From Streptantibioticus cattleyicolor NRRL 8057 = DSM 46488 (lineage in GTDB: Bacteria; Actinomycetota; Actinomycetes; Streptomycetales; Streptomycetaceae), in NCBI RefSeq assembly GCF_000240165.1, contig NC_017586.1:4445228-4477227 (forward strand): a stretch of DNA of 32,000 nucleotides. The letters are read 5' to 3'. The notes below the pieces were generated by a model. The model worked only from the letters and a program-made list of their open reading frames with translations. It did not search any database and had not been told where the DNA came from. Position numbers and translations under genes: made by a program. Shown one piece after another: positions 10,967-19,569 of the stretch (position 1 is the stretch's first letter; each line of letters opens with the position of its first letter).

Positions 10967-11047
10967 GCGATGGACACCGGCGAACCGCTCCGATAGGAAT
11001 TCACCTGATGCGGTTTCGGCCCGGCCTTCGGGAGGTGCCCGGTGTCC
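10967..11047 (+). promoter_or_regulatory. Structured 5' leader of flH that sequesters the SD and start codon; carries crcB-like sequence islands
   Basis: GGACACCGG (10972-10980) is the perfect reverse complement of CCGGUGUCC (11039-11047), which includes GUG start 11042. It encloses hairpin CGAACCGC/GCGGUUUCG (10981-10988 / 11010-18) and hairpin CCCG/CGGG (11020-23 / 11029-32), the latter overlapping SD GGGAGG. Islands GCGAUGG, AACCGC and CUGAUG are also present. Confidence 0.4.
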
Positions 11048-12445
11048 CTGACAACCGTCGAACTCGCCCATGTCCTCATCGCCCTCGGGCTGTTGACGGT
11101 GCTGGCCCACGCCGGCGCCCAGATCTTCCAACTGTTGCGGCAGCCACCGGTGATCGGTGAGATCGTCGGCGGCCTGGTGCTGGGCCCCACCGTGCTCGGC
11201 GCGCTGTGGCCCACCGCCGAGACGTGGCTCTTCCCGGCCAAGGGCGCCACCGGCGAGGTGCTCGGCGCCTTCTACAGCATCGGGATGCTGCTGCTGGTCT
11301 ACCTCACCGGCGCCGAACTGCGCGGCCACGTCGCCCGCTCCGACCGGCGCACCATGGTCTGGGTGGCCGGCGCCGGCCTCTTCGTCCCGTTCGCCGCCGG
11401 GCTGCTGGTGGCCAACTCCGTATCCCTGCCCGGCCTTTCCGGGCCGCACGGCAACCCGGCCAGCCTCGCCCTCGTCTTCGGCATGGCGATCGCCGTCACC
11501 AGCGTCCCGGTGATCTCCCGGATCATGCTCGACCTGGGCATCCTGCGCACCGTCTTCGCCCGCGTGGTGCTCGCCGTCGCGGTCCTGGAGGACGTGGTGC
11601 TCTACGCGCTGCTCGCCGTCGTCCTCGGCATCGCCCAGGCCAGGGCGGGCGACTCCTACGGCGTCGGCGGGGCGCTCAGCCGGGTGTCGCTGCCGTGGGC
11701 GGTGGTCTTCTTCTCCCTCGTCCCGGTGGTCTTCTTCGGGCTCTTCCTGTGGCGCGGCCGGGCCGCCTTCGACGCGCTGCGCTCCGGCCGCTGGAACGTC
11801 CTGGAACGGCGCAGCCCGACCGCGTTCCGGATCGCCTACCTCTTCGCGCTCTGCCTGGCCTGCTCCGGCCTCGGCATCGACCCGATGTTCGGCGCGCTGG
11901 CGGCCGGGCTGAGCGCCGGCGGCCCGGTGCCCGGCGAGGAACGCGCGGCGCCCGCCGTGCCGGAGGCCGCCGCGGACGCCGCCCCGGGGTCGTACCAGAC
12001 CCTGCGGGCCATCTCGCTCGCCTTCTTCGTCCCCGTCTACTTCGCCGTCGTCGGCCTCAAGCTCGACCTGATCCGCCACTTCGACCCGGTGTTCTTCCTG
12101 TGGTTCCTGGCGCTGGCCTGCGTGGTCAAGTCGGCCGGGGTGTGGGCGGGGGCACGGTTGGCCGGGCAGGACGCCGCGTCGGCCGGGAACATCGCGGTGG
12201 CCATGAACGCCCGCGGCGGCCCCGGCATCATCCTGGCGTCGGTCACCTACGCGGCCGGCGTCATCAGCGAGGACTTCTTCACCAGCCTGGTGGTGCTCTC
12301 CATCGTCACCTCCCAGGCCGCGGGCGTCTGGCTCGGCCGCACCGTGCGCCGCCACCGCCCGCTGATGTCGCAACGCCGACCGACCGGCGGTGAACGGGGG
12401 ACGCCGGACCCCGAGACCACCAGGCGAAAGGCGGAAACCGCATGA
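11042..12445 (+). CDS. flH: Cation:proton antiporter (CPA2/Kef-type Na+/H+ exchanger family)
   Basis: 467 aa polytopic membrane protein. N-terminal motif [16 protein letters not shown] is typical of CPA antiporters. GTG 11042 with GGGAGG 6 nt upstream. Its stop overlaps the flG start (ATGA). Confidence 0.9.
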   Translation: MSLTTVELAHVLIALGLLTVLAHAGAQIFQLLRQPPVIGEIVGGLVLGPTVLGALWPTAETWLFPAKGATGEVLGAFYSIGMLLLVYLTGAELRGHVARSDRRTMVWVAGAGLFVPFAAGLLVANSVSLPGLSGPHGNPASLALVFGMAIAVTSVPVISRIMLDLGILRTVFARVVLAVAVLEDVVLYALLAVVLGIAQARAGDSYGVGGALSRVSLPWAVVFFSLVPVVFFGLFLWRGRAAFDALRSGRWNVLERRSPTAFRIAYLFALCLACSGLGIDPMFGALAAGLSAGGPVPGEERAAPAVPEAAADAAPGSYQTLRAISLAFFVPVYFAVVGLKLDLIRHFDPVFFLWFLALACVVKSAGVWAGARLAGQDAASAGNIAVAMNARGGPGIILASVTYAAGVISEDFFTSLVVLSIVTSQAAGVWLGRTVRRHRPLMSQRRPTGGERGTPDPETTRRKAETA

Positions 12446-13146
12446 CCCTCCACCGCGGCGCCGCGACGGCCGCAGTCCGCCGGCAGCAGGCGGCGATCCG
12501 GCTCGCCGTCGTCGACGACAACGTCTTCCTGCGCACCGGACTGGCCCACGTGCTCGCCGCCGAACCCGCCCTCGAAGTAGTCGCCGAGTCGGCCACGGTA
12601 CGCGAGGGGCTCTCCGCGCTGCGCGCCCGCCAGCCCCACGTCGTGCTGCTCGGCGTCGCCTCCGGCGGCCGGGAACCCTACGGCGACGTCGCCGAGTTGC
12701 GCCGGGCCACCCCGGTCAGCCGGATCGTGGCGATGCTCGCCCACGACGACCCCGGCGCGGTCCGCAGACTCCTGGCGGCCGGCGCCCAGGCCGCGATCGC
12801 CCAGTACAGCAGCCCCGAGGAACTGATCGGCACCATCCGCGGGGTGGCCGGCCACCGCGACCGGGTGGTGCTCTCGGTCTCCCAGCGCACCCTGGCCGGG
12901 CTGCGCGAGACCGGCCCGCACCTGCTGACCGCCCGCGAACTCCAGGTCGTCGCCCTGGTCGCCAGGGGCCTGCGCAACTCACAGATCGCCCGCGAACTGG
13001 TCATCACCGAGGGCACCGTCAAACGCCATCTGTCCAACGTCTACGCCAAGTTGGACGCCGCCTGCCGCACCGAGGCCGTCCGCAAGGCGGTGGAACGCGG
13101 CATGGTCCGCACCCCGGTACCGATCACCGACTACGACCTGGCCTAG
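12442..13146 (+). CDS. flG: LuxR/NarL-family regulator with pseudo-receiver domain
   Basis: 234 aa. LuxR HTH (LTARELQVVALVARGLRNSQIARELVITEGTVKRHLSNVYAKL). Receiver alignment to NarL: phospho-acceptor position is Gly (HVVLLGVASGG), Thr/Ser is replaced (IVAMLAH), Lys is replaced (AAIAQ). Translationally coupled to flH. Confidence 0.9.
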   Translation: MTLHRGAATAAVRRQQAAIRLAVVDDNVFLRTGLAHVLAAEPALEVVAESATVREGLSALRARQPHVVLLGVASGGREPYGDVAELRRATPVSRIVAMLAHDDPGAVRRLLAAGAQAAIAQYSSPEELIGTIRGVAGHRDRVVLSVSQRTLAGLRETGPHLLTARELQVVALVARGLRNSQIARELVITEGTVKRHLSNVYAKLDAACRTEAVRKAVERGMVRTPVPITDYDLA

Positions 13147-13342
13147 GCCCTGTCGTCAACATGTCGCCTGCCCCGCGACGTCTGCCCCGCGACGTCTGCC
13201 CCGCGACGTCTGCCCCGCGCGCTCGCGGCGTTGTCGGCCGTCGGCCCGCACGGTCGGGCTCCGCCTCACCTGGGGGGACCCCCGTGGAAGCCGCGGGGCA
13301 CCGCCCTCCGGGCGGGCGGCGACCTTTCGACGACAGGGCCTA
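13144..13342 (-). mobile_element. MITE-like repeat element, copy 1 (TA-flanked, 14-bp terminal inverted repeats)
   Basis: TA-GGCCCTGTCGTCAA...TCGACGACAGGGCC-TA. The interior is homologous in reverse orientation to 17415-17576; for example a 49-nt core gcggagcccgaccgtgcgggccgacg(g/a)ccgacaacgccgcgagcgcgcg with 1 mismatch. Fills the flG/flF convergent gap. Confidence 0.6.
13168..13219. repeat. Tandem repeat (ctgccccgcgacgt) x3 plus a partial fourth unit, inside MITE-like copy 1
   Basis: Three perfect 14-bp units at 13168-13181, 13182-13195 and 13196-13209, then ctgccccgcg. Copy 2 of the element has a single diverged unit. Confidence 0.95.
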
Positions 13343-13897
13343 CGACGCCGCCGGATAGGTCATCACGATCACCGCGTCCACGTCCTCGTCGTCCACCGCC
13401 TCGTAGAAGTGCGGTTCGTCCGCCGGGAAGACCACGAAGTCACCGGTGGCCAGCACCACCGGGCGGTCCACCGGGCCCAGCCGCAGCCGGCCGCGCAGCG
13501 CCACCACCCGCTCCAGGGTGCCGCGGGTGTGCGGCGGGCTGTCGACCCGGCGGCCCGCCCCGCACAGCCGCAGCCGCCATATCTCGCTGTGCCCGCCCGC
13601 CCCGATCCGGTCCAGCAGGTCCTGCCGGCTGGTCTGCGGACGCGGCGTGCCCGGCCGCAGCACCGGCTCCGGCGGGGTGGGGTCCACCAGCAGATCGCCC
13701 AGCGGCAGCCGCAGCGCCACCGCGATCGCCGAGACCGTCTCGATCGTCGGGTTGCCCCGCCCCGACTCCAGCATCGACAACGTCGCCCGGCTCACCCCCG
13801 ACAGCCGGGACAACTCCGCCACCGACAGCCCGCGGAACTCCCGCAGCCGGCGCACCTGCGCACCGACGGTCACCCCGACCCCCTCGGCCCGCTCCAT
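13340..13897 (-). CDS. flF: XRE-family HTH regulator with C-terminal cupin domain
   Basis: Start at ATG 13897 (MERAEGVGVTVGAQVRRLREFRGLSVAELSRLSGVSRATLSMLESGRGNPTIETV). An upstream GTG at 13948 is possible. Cupin-like C-terminus (GDFVVFPADEPHFYE). Stop TAG is formed at the junction with the repeat element. Confidence 0.85.
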   Translation of the reverse strand: MERAEGVGVTVGAQVRRLREFRGLSVAELSRLSGVSRATLSMLESGRGNPTIETVSAIAVALRLPLGDLLVDPTPPEPVLRPGTPRPQTSRQDLLDRIGAGGHSEIWRLRLCGAGRRVDSPPHTRGTLERVVALRGRLRLGPVDRPVVLATGDFVVFPADEPHFYEAVDDEDVDAVIVMTYPAAS

Positions 13898-13976
13898 CCC
13901 GCGCCCCCGTACCCGTCCCGCCACACCGTCCGCCACGCCGTCCCTCACGCCGCACGAGGGTACGTCGTCGCGCGTT

Positions 13977-14014
13977 CCGGCCGCCCCGCCCGCCGGCGCG
14001 GACGGGACGGCCGG
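13977..14014 (-). terminator. GC-rich hairpin 7 nt downstream of the flA stop (attenuator or terminator-like, no U-tract)
   Basis: On the minus strand, CCGGCCGUCCCG pairs with CGGGGCGGCCGG (12 bp, one G-U). The loop is itself partly self-complementary. No T-run follows. Confidence 0.4.
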
Positions 14015-14021
14015 AAGGGGG

Positions 14022-15140
<1,119 letters not shown>

Positions 15141-16040
15141 ATGCGGGCACGGAAATCGGGGAACGAGCAGCGGAACGCCGATCTCGGCATCATCGGCGGC
15201 AGCGGACTGTACGAATTCCCGGGCCTGACCGACCCCGAGGAATTCCCGGTCGAGACGCCGTACGGCCCGCCCAGCGCACCGCCGGTCGTCGGCACCGTCG
15301 GCGGACGCCGGGTGGCCTTCCTGGCCCGCCACGGCACCGGCCACCGCATACCGCCCTCCCGCATCCCGGTGCGGGCGAACCTCTACGCGCTCAAGGCGCT
15401 CGGGGTCACCGAGGTCGTCAGCGTCAGCGCGGTCGGCAGCCTGCGCGAGGAGTACGCCCCCGGCCACCTCGTCGTCCCCGACCAGATCGTCGACCGCACC
15501 CGGGGCGGCCGGCCCGCGACCTTCTTCTCCTCCGGCGTCGTCGTCCACGTCTCGCTGGCCGACCCCTACTGCCCCCGGCTGCGCGCCGCCCTCACCGACG
15601 CCGCCCGGGCCGCCCACCCCACCGTCCACCCGGCCGGCACCTACCTGTGCATGGAGGGCCCGCAGTTCTCCACCCGGGCCGAGTCCCAGCTGTACCGCGC
15701 CTGGGGCATGGACGTCATCGGCATGACCGCCCAGCCCGAGGCGAAACTCGCCCGCGAGGCCGAACTGTGCTACGCCGGGCTGTCGTTGGTCACCGACTAC
15801 GACTGCTGGCACACCGGACACGACTCGGTGGACGCCCGCACCGTCGCCGAGGTGATGGCCGCCAACGTCATCGCCGCCCGCGCCGTGCTCTCCGGCCTCG
15901 CCCACGCCACCGCCCCAGCCGACTGCGCCTGCCACCACGCGCTGGACGGCGCCGTGCTGACCGATCCGCTCGCCGCGGCCCAGGTCCCCGAGGAGGAGGT
16001 GCCGGCGCTGCTGCGCAAGGGGTTCGCCCGGCGCGGCTGA
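15141..16040 (+). CDS. flB: 5'-fluoro-5'-deoxyadenosine phosphorylase (MTAP/PNP family)
   Basis: 299 aa. ATG 15141 with GGAGG 7 nt upstream. MTAP-family motifs (GIIGGSGL, FLARHG.GH, MEGPQFST, GMT..PEA.LARE). Divergent from flA, as in the published locus. Confidence 0.96.
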   Translation: MRARKSGNEQRNADLGIIGGSGLYEFPGLTDPEEFPVETPYGPPSAPPVVGTVGGRRVAFLARHGTGHRIPPSRIPVRANLYALKALGVTEVVSVSAVGSLREEYAPGHLVVPDQIVDRTRGGRPATFFSSGVVVHVSLADPYCPRLRAALTDAARAAHPTVHPAGTYLCMEGPQFSTRAESQLYRAWGMDVIGMTAQPEAKLAREAELCYAGLSLVTDYDCWHTGHDSVDARTVAEVMAANVIAARAVLSGLAHATAPADCACHHALDGAVLTDPLAAAQVPEEEVPALLRKGFARRG

Positions 16041-16054
16041 GGGCGGCCCGGCGG

Positions 16055-17326
16055 TCAGCGCGGGGCCCGGACGCCTCCGGTACCCAGCAGCAGCGGCAAG
16101 GTGGCGGTCACCGCCCCGGCCGCCACGCAGAACAACGCCGCCGGGGAGAGCAGGGCGCCGGCCGCCGCCACCACGTACGGCGCGGCGAACCCCAGGTAGA
16201 TCAGGCAGTAGAAGACCGCGGTCACCCCGGCCAGGTCCTCCGGCGGCGCCAGCGCCTGCACCCGGCCCAGCCCCGCCACCAGCAGCAACCCGTACGCCGC
16301 CCCGAGCACCACGGCCGCCGGGATCAGCAACGTCGGCTCGGCGGTGGCGGCGGTCACCGCGGCCAGCAGCAGCCCGGCCGCCGCCACCAGCACCCCGGCC
16401 ACCAGCACGGCCCCCGCCCGCCACCGTTCCACCCGCCGGGCCAGCGGTTGCACCAGCACCCCGGTGCCCAGCACCAGCCCCGCCGTCGCCCCGCTGAGCA
16501 CCAGCCCGTCACCGCCGCGTATCACCAGCCCCGGCAGTACCGCGAAACCCACCGTGGCGGTGGCGAACACCCACGGCGCGGTCGGCACCACGGTCCGCAG
16601 GAAGACCGGATGGGCCACGGCCGCCCGTACCCCGCCGCGGCCCGGACCACCGCCCGCCCGCCGCCCCGGGGTCACCGTCTCCGGCGCCCGCCACGCCAAC
16701 GGCGCCACCACCAGCATCACCGCGATGTGCACCAGATACGGCAGCACCTGCGGATACGGCAGCCACTGCGCCACCGCCCCGGCCACCAGCGGCCCGCCGC
16801 CGAACCCCGCGGAGAGCGCCACCGTCGCCCGCCGCGCCCCGCTGCCCCCGGGCGCGTCCGCCGACAGCTCCTTGACCCACGCGCTGCCCGGCGCGAACGC
16901 CGTCCCCGAGGCCACCCCGGCCAGCAGCCGCCCCGCGAAGAGCGCCGGCGTCGCCACCGCCCCGGCGACCAGCACCAGCGAGGCCACCGTCGACAAGATC
17001 AGCACCGGCCGCATCAACCGCCGCCGTCCCATCCGGTCCGACAGCGCCGCGGCCACCAGCAGCGCGGGGATCAGCCCGAGCGCGTAGCAGCCGAACATCG
17101 CCGCCAGCACCACCTGGGACAGCCGCCGCTGCTCGTGGTAGACGAGCAGCATCGGCGAGAACTGGTTGGCCCCCCACCCCACCGCGAACATCGCCAGCGC
17201 CACCCGCACCCAGGGCCGCGGCCCCGGCGCCCGCCCCCCGGCGCCCACCGCGAGCGCCCGTTCCCGTTCCCGCTCTCTTTGCCGTTCCGTACCCGTCCGT
17301 TCCGTACCCGTCCGGCGGGCTCGCAT
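16055..17326 (-). CDS. flC: MFS transporter
   Basis: 423 aa from ATG 17326 (GAGGGAG 5 nt upstream). About 12 predicted hydrophobic spans. The N-terminal tail carries the in-frame duplication TGTER x2. The track ORF start at 17428 lies inside the repeat element TIR and was rejected. Confidence 0.88.
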   Translation of the reverse strand: MRARRTGTERTGTERQRERERERALAVGAGGRAPGPRPWVRVALAMFAVGWGANQFSPMLLVYHEQRRLSQVVLAAMFGCYALGLIPALLVAAALSDRMGRRRLMRPVLILSTVASLVLVAGAVATPALFAGRLLAGVASGTAFAPGSAWVKELSADAPGGSGARRATVALSAGFGGGPLVAGAVAQWLPYPQVLPYLVHIAVMLVVAPLAWRAPETVTPGRRAGGGPGRGGVRAAVAHPVFLRTVVPTAPWVFATATVGFAVLPGLVIRGGDGLVLSGATAGLVLGTGVLVQPLARRVERWRAGAVLVAGVLVAAAGLLLAAVTAATAEPTLLIPAAVVLGAAYGLLLVAGLGRVQALAPPEDLAGVTAVFYCLIYLGFAAPYVVAAAGALLSPAALFCVAAGAVTATLPLLLGTGGVRAPR

Positions 17327-17414
17327 GGCCGCTCCCTCGGTAACCGGTGGAATGGTTACTGGTGCCCGCACCACTGTAGGGCGGCGGCGCCGGACGCGCC
17401 GGGGGAGCGGCGCC

Positions 17415-17578
17415 GGCCCTGTCGTCAAGAGATCGCCGGCCGCCCGGAGGGCGGTGTCCCGCGGGGTCCGGGGGTACCCCCGGGCGGAGCCCGACCGTGC
17501 GGGCCGACGACCGACAACGCCGCGAGCGCGCGTGCCGGACCCCGCGGGGCAGGCGAGATTTTTTGACGACAGGGCCTA
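17415..17578 (+). mobile_element. MITE-like repeat element, copy 2
   Basis: GGCCCTGTCGTCAA...TTGACGACAGGGCC(TA). Internal palindromes CCGCCCGGAGGGCGG and CCGGGGGTACCCCCGG. Homologous to copy 1 in the opposite orientation. Sits in the flC/flD divergent gap and ends about 10 nt before the flD ATG. Confidence 0.6.
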
Positions 17579-17588
17579 GGGTTGCGGC

Positions 17589-18239
17589 ATGCGTGTGCCG
17601 CCCCAGCTGGTCATATTCGACTGCGACGGAATCCTGGTCGACAGCGAACCGCTCGCCATCCGCGCCCATGTCGCCGTCGGCGCCGAACTCGGCTGGCCGC
17701 TGACCGAGGACGAGGTCGTCGACCTCTTCGTGGGCCGCTCCAACGCCTCGGTGGACGAGCTGATAGCCGCCCGCCTCGGCGCCCCGGCCGCCGCCACCTG
17801 GCGCCGGCGCTTCGAGGCGCTGCACCGCGAGGCCGTCGACACCGAGCTGACCGCCGTCCCCGGCATCACCGAGGCCCTGGCCGCCATCCCCGTCCCCACC
17901 TGCGTCGCCTCCAGCGGCACCCACGCCAAGATGCGCCACACCCTGGGCCGCACCGGCCTGTACGACCACTTCGCCGGCCGCATCTACAGCGCCACCGATG
18001 TCCGCCACGGCAAACCCGCCCCCGACCTCTTCCTCCACGCCGCCGCCTCCATGGGCGTCCCCCCGTCCGCCTGCGTCGTCGTCGAAGACAGCCACCACGG
18101 CCTCCAAGCCGCCCGCGCCGCCGCCATCCCCGCCCTCGCCTACGCCTCCGGCGTCACCCCGGAGGCCCGGCTGAGGGGCCCGGGGACGGTGGTGTTCCGC
18201 GAGATGAGGGAGTTGCCGGGGTTGTTGGGGGTGGGGTGA
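17589..18239 (+). CDS. flD: HAD-superfamily hydrolase (phosphatase / beta-phosphoglucomutase-like)
   Basis: 216 aa. HAD motif I FDCDGILVDSE, motif II S-S-G-T region, motif IV VVVEDSHHG. Possibly leaderless: TAGGGT at 17577-17582 lies 6 nt before the ATG. Confidence 0.9.
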   Translation: MRVPPQLVIFDCDGILVDSEPLAIRAHVAVGAELGWPLTEDEVVDLFVGRSNASVDELIAARLGAPAAATWRRRFEALHREAVDTELTAVPGITEALAAIPVPTCVASSGTHAKMRHTLGRTGLYDHFAGRIYSATDVRHGKPAPDLFLHAAASMGVPPSACVVVEDSHHGLQAARAAAIPALAYASGVTPEARLRGPGTVVFREMRELPGLLGVG

Positions 18240-18297
18240 GGGGGGGTGCTGAGCGGGCGCGGGGGCATCCTCGCTTGAGCCGAATTTCCCGAAGTGA

Positions 18298-18966
18298 ATG
18301 CAGCGTCCGGCTGCCGTCGTCCATCATGTCGGCGTGCCCGCCGCCATCTGGCTCAAGCTGATCGAGACACTTCCGGCCATCCTCTGGGTGGGGTTCGCCG
18401 CTGTCGTGTATTTCTCGCTACGGCAGACGATTGTGCAGCGCATGGTGCCCCGGCTGACTGCCGTACGGGCGCTGGGTGTCGAACTCGAACTCGCACGTGA
18501 ACTGCTCGACCAGGCCCAGGAAGAGAGCCCGACAACCGTCACGCCCACCGCCAGGCGCACGGCGTTGGGCAGGCTCGAACACGCCGCTGACCTGCTGCGG
18601 GGTGGCAACGTGCTGTGGGTCGACGACCGCCCGGAGGGCAACTCCCCGCTGGTCGAACTCTTCCGGACCGCCGGCATGAACGTAGAACTCGCCCTGTCCA
18701 CCGAGGAGGCCGTGCCGCTGCTTCGGCGGAGACCGTACGACATCATCATCAGCGACTTCGATCGGAATGGCGACAGCGAGGCGGGAATCAAAATGCTCCG
18801 TCTGCTTGAGCAATACCACATCGACGTACCCGTATTGATCTACACCGGCAGATTCGATCCTGAGCGAGGAGTCGACCACAGGATCTTCGCCGGTACTTCG
18901 GCGCCGGTAGAACTGGTCCATTATGTTGTCGACCTTATGGAGCGTGCCCGTCTGGGCTCGTTGTGA
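18298..18966 (+). CDS. flE: Membrane-anchored receiver-domain-only protein (atypical response-regulator-like)
   Basis: 222 aa. N-terminal TM segment (LPAILWVGFAAVVYFSL). REC-like core VLWVDDRPEGN...YDIIISDFDRNGDSEAG...VPVLIYTG. No output domain found. Visibly lower GC and many A/T-ending codons. The flE symbol is assigned by position in the published gene order. Confidence 0.7.
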   Translation: MQRPAAVVHHVGVPAAIWLKLIETLPAILWVGFAAVVYFSLRQTIVQRMVPRLTAVRALGVELELARELLDQAQEESPTTVTPTARRTALGRLEHAADLLRGGNVLWVDDRPEGNSPLVELFRTAGMNVELALSTEEAVPLLRRRPYDIIISDFDRNGDSEAGIKMLRLLEQYHIDVPVLIYTGRFDPERGVDHRIFAGTSAPVELVHYVVDLMERARLGSL

Positions 18967-19505
18967 TGCCGTCCGAGGATCCCGAGGCGGGACCAGGACC
19001 TGCGTTGCTTTGAGTCGCGTCTTGACCGGCCAGACGGCGTTCTTTGGCGTCCCGTGTGTATGCCGTAAGCGGCGGCAAGGGCTCTTCCCGCAGAAAGGTG
19101 CCAAGACAACTCAGCCCCTCGTAGGTGGCGCTGAACGCGCCCTGCCTACGATCCGCGTGAGAGCCCTCAATGCCTTGAAAAGCCATGCGGCTGGCCATCA
19201 GTACGTCACCGAAACGTTCCCCGAGGGCCCGGTCCGGAACTCTCACAAGAGCCCCCCCCCGCGCCTACCAGCGCCCCCACGAGCCCCGCGGCGGCGGCTA
19301 CCCCAACCCCTGCGTCCACGGGAGCATCTTGGCGCGATGGTTCGTTCTTCCGCTGTGGGATTGCCCGAAGTGGCGCCCGGTGGCCAGAAGCTGGGTGACT
19401 GTGCCGGAGGACTTCATCAGCGCCGACCCGGCAAAGGAGCCTCGGTCACTGGACTGCTGGAGAGGCCGTGCATGTTCGGACAACGAAACGGTATCCGCCC
19501 ATGCA

Positions 19506-19550
19506 ACGCAAAACACCCCGCACTCAGCATCTCTGCTGCTTGCGGGGTGT
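19506..19550 (-). terminator. Rho-independent terminator of tRNA-Arg
   Basis: On the minus strand, 10-bp perfect stem ACACCCCGCA/UGCGGGGUGU (19541-50 / 19513-22) with an 18-nt loop, followed by UUUUGCGUU. Begins 20 nt after the tRNA 3' end. Confidence 0.75.
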
Positions 19551-19569
19551 TCCGGCACTTCTTGCGAAG

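Noticed and set aside
10967-11015. Calling a bona fide fluoride (crcB-motif) riboswitch upstream of flH
   Set aside because: Only three short islands match my memory of the consensus. The required pseudoknot partner after CUGAUG is missing and AACCGC is engaged in an ordinary hairpin. Kept as a hypothesis in the findings, not annotated as a riboswitch.
11008-11163. 51-codon uORF starting at AUG 11008 in the flH leader, overlapping the flH start out of frame
   Set aside because: Third-codon positions are not GC-biased as in real genes here. The product is Arg/Pro-rich. It is more likely a by-product of the leader structure.
13168-13219. Possible CRISPR array
   Set aside because: The units are 14 bp and directly abutting with no spacers, so this is a simple tandem repeat inside a repeat element.
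18935-19560. Decayed tyrosine-integrase remnant next to tRNA-Arg. Minus-strand fragments such as DRGSFAGSALMKSSGTVTQLLATGRHFGQSHSGRTNHRAKMLP and LGERFGDVLMASRMAFQ vaguely resemble the R-H-x-x-R...LGH...Y C-terminal box.
   Set aside because: The similarity is weak and judged by eye only. The catalytic His, Arg and Tyr cannot be placed, and the fragments lie in different frames. A profile search is needed before any call.
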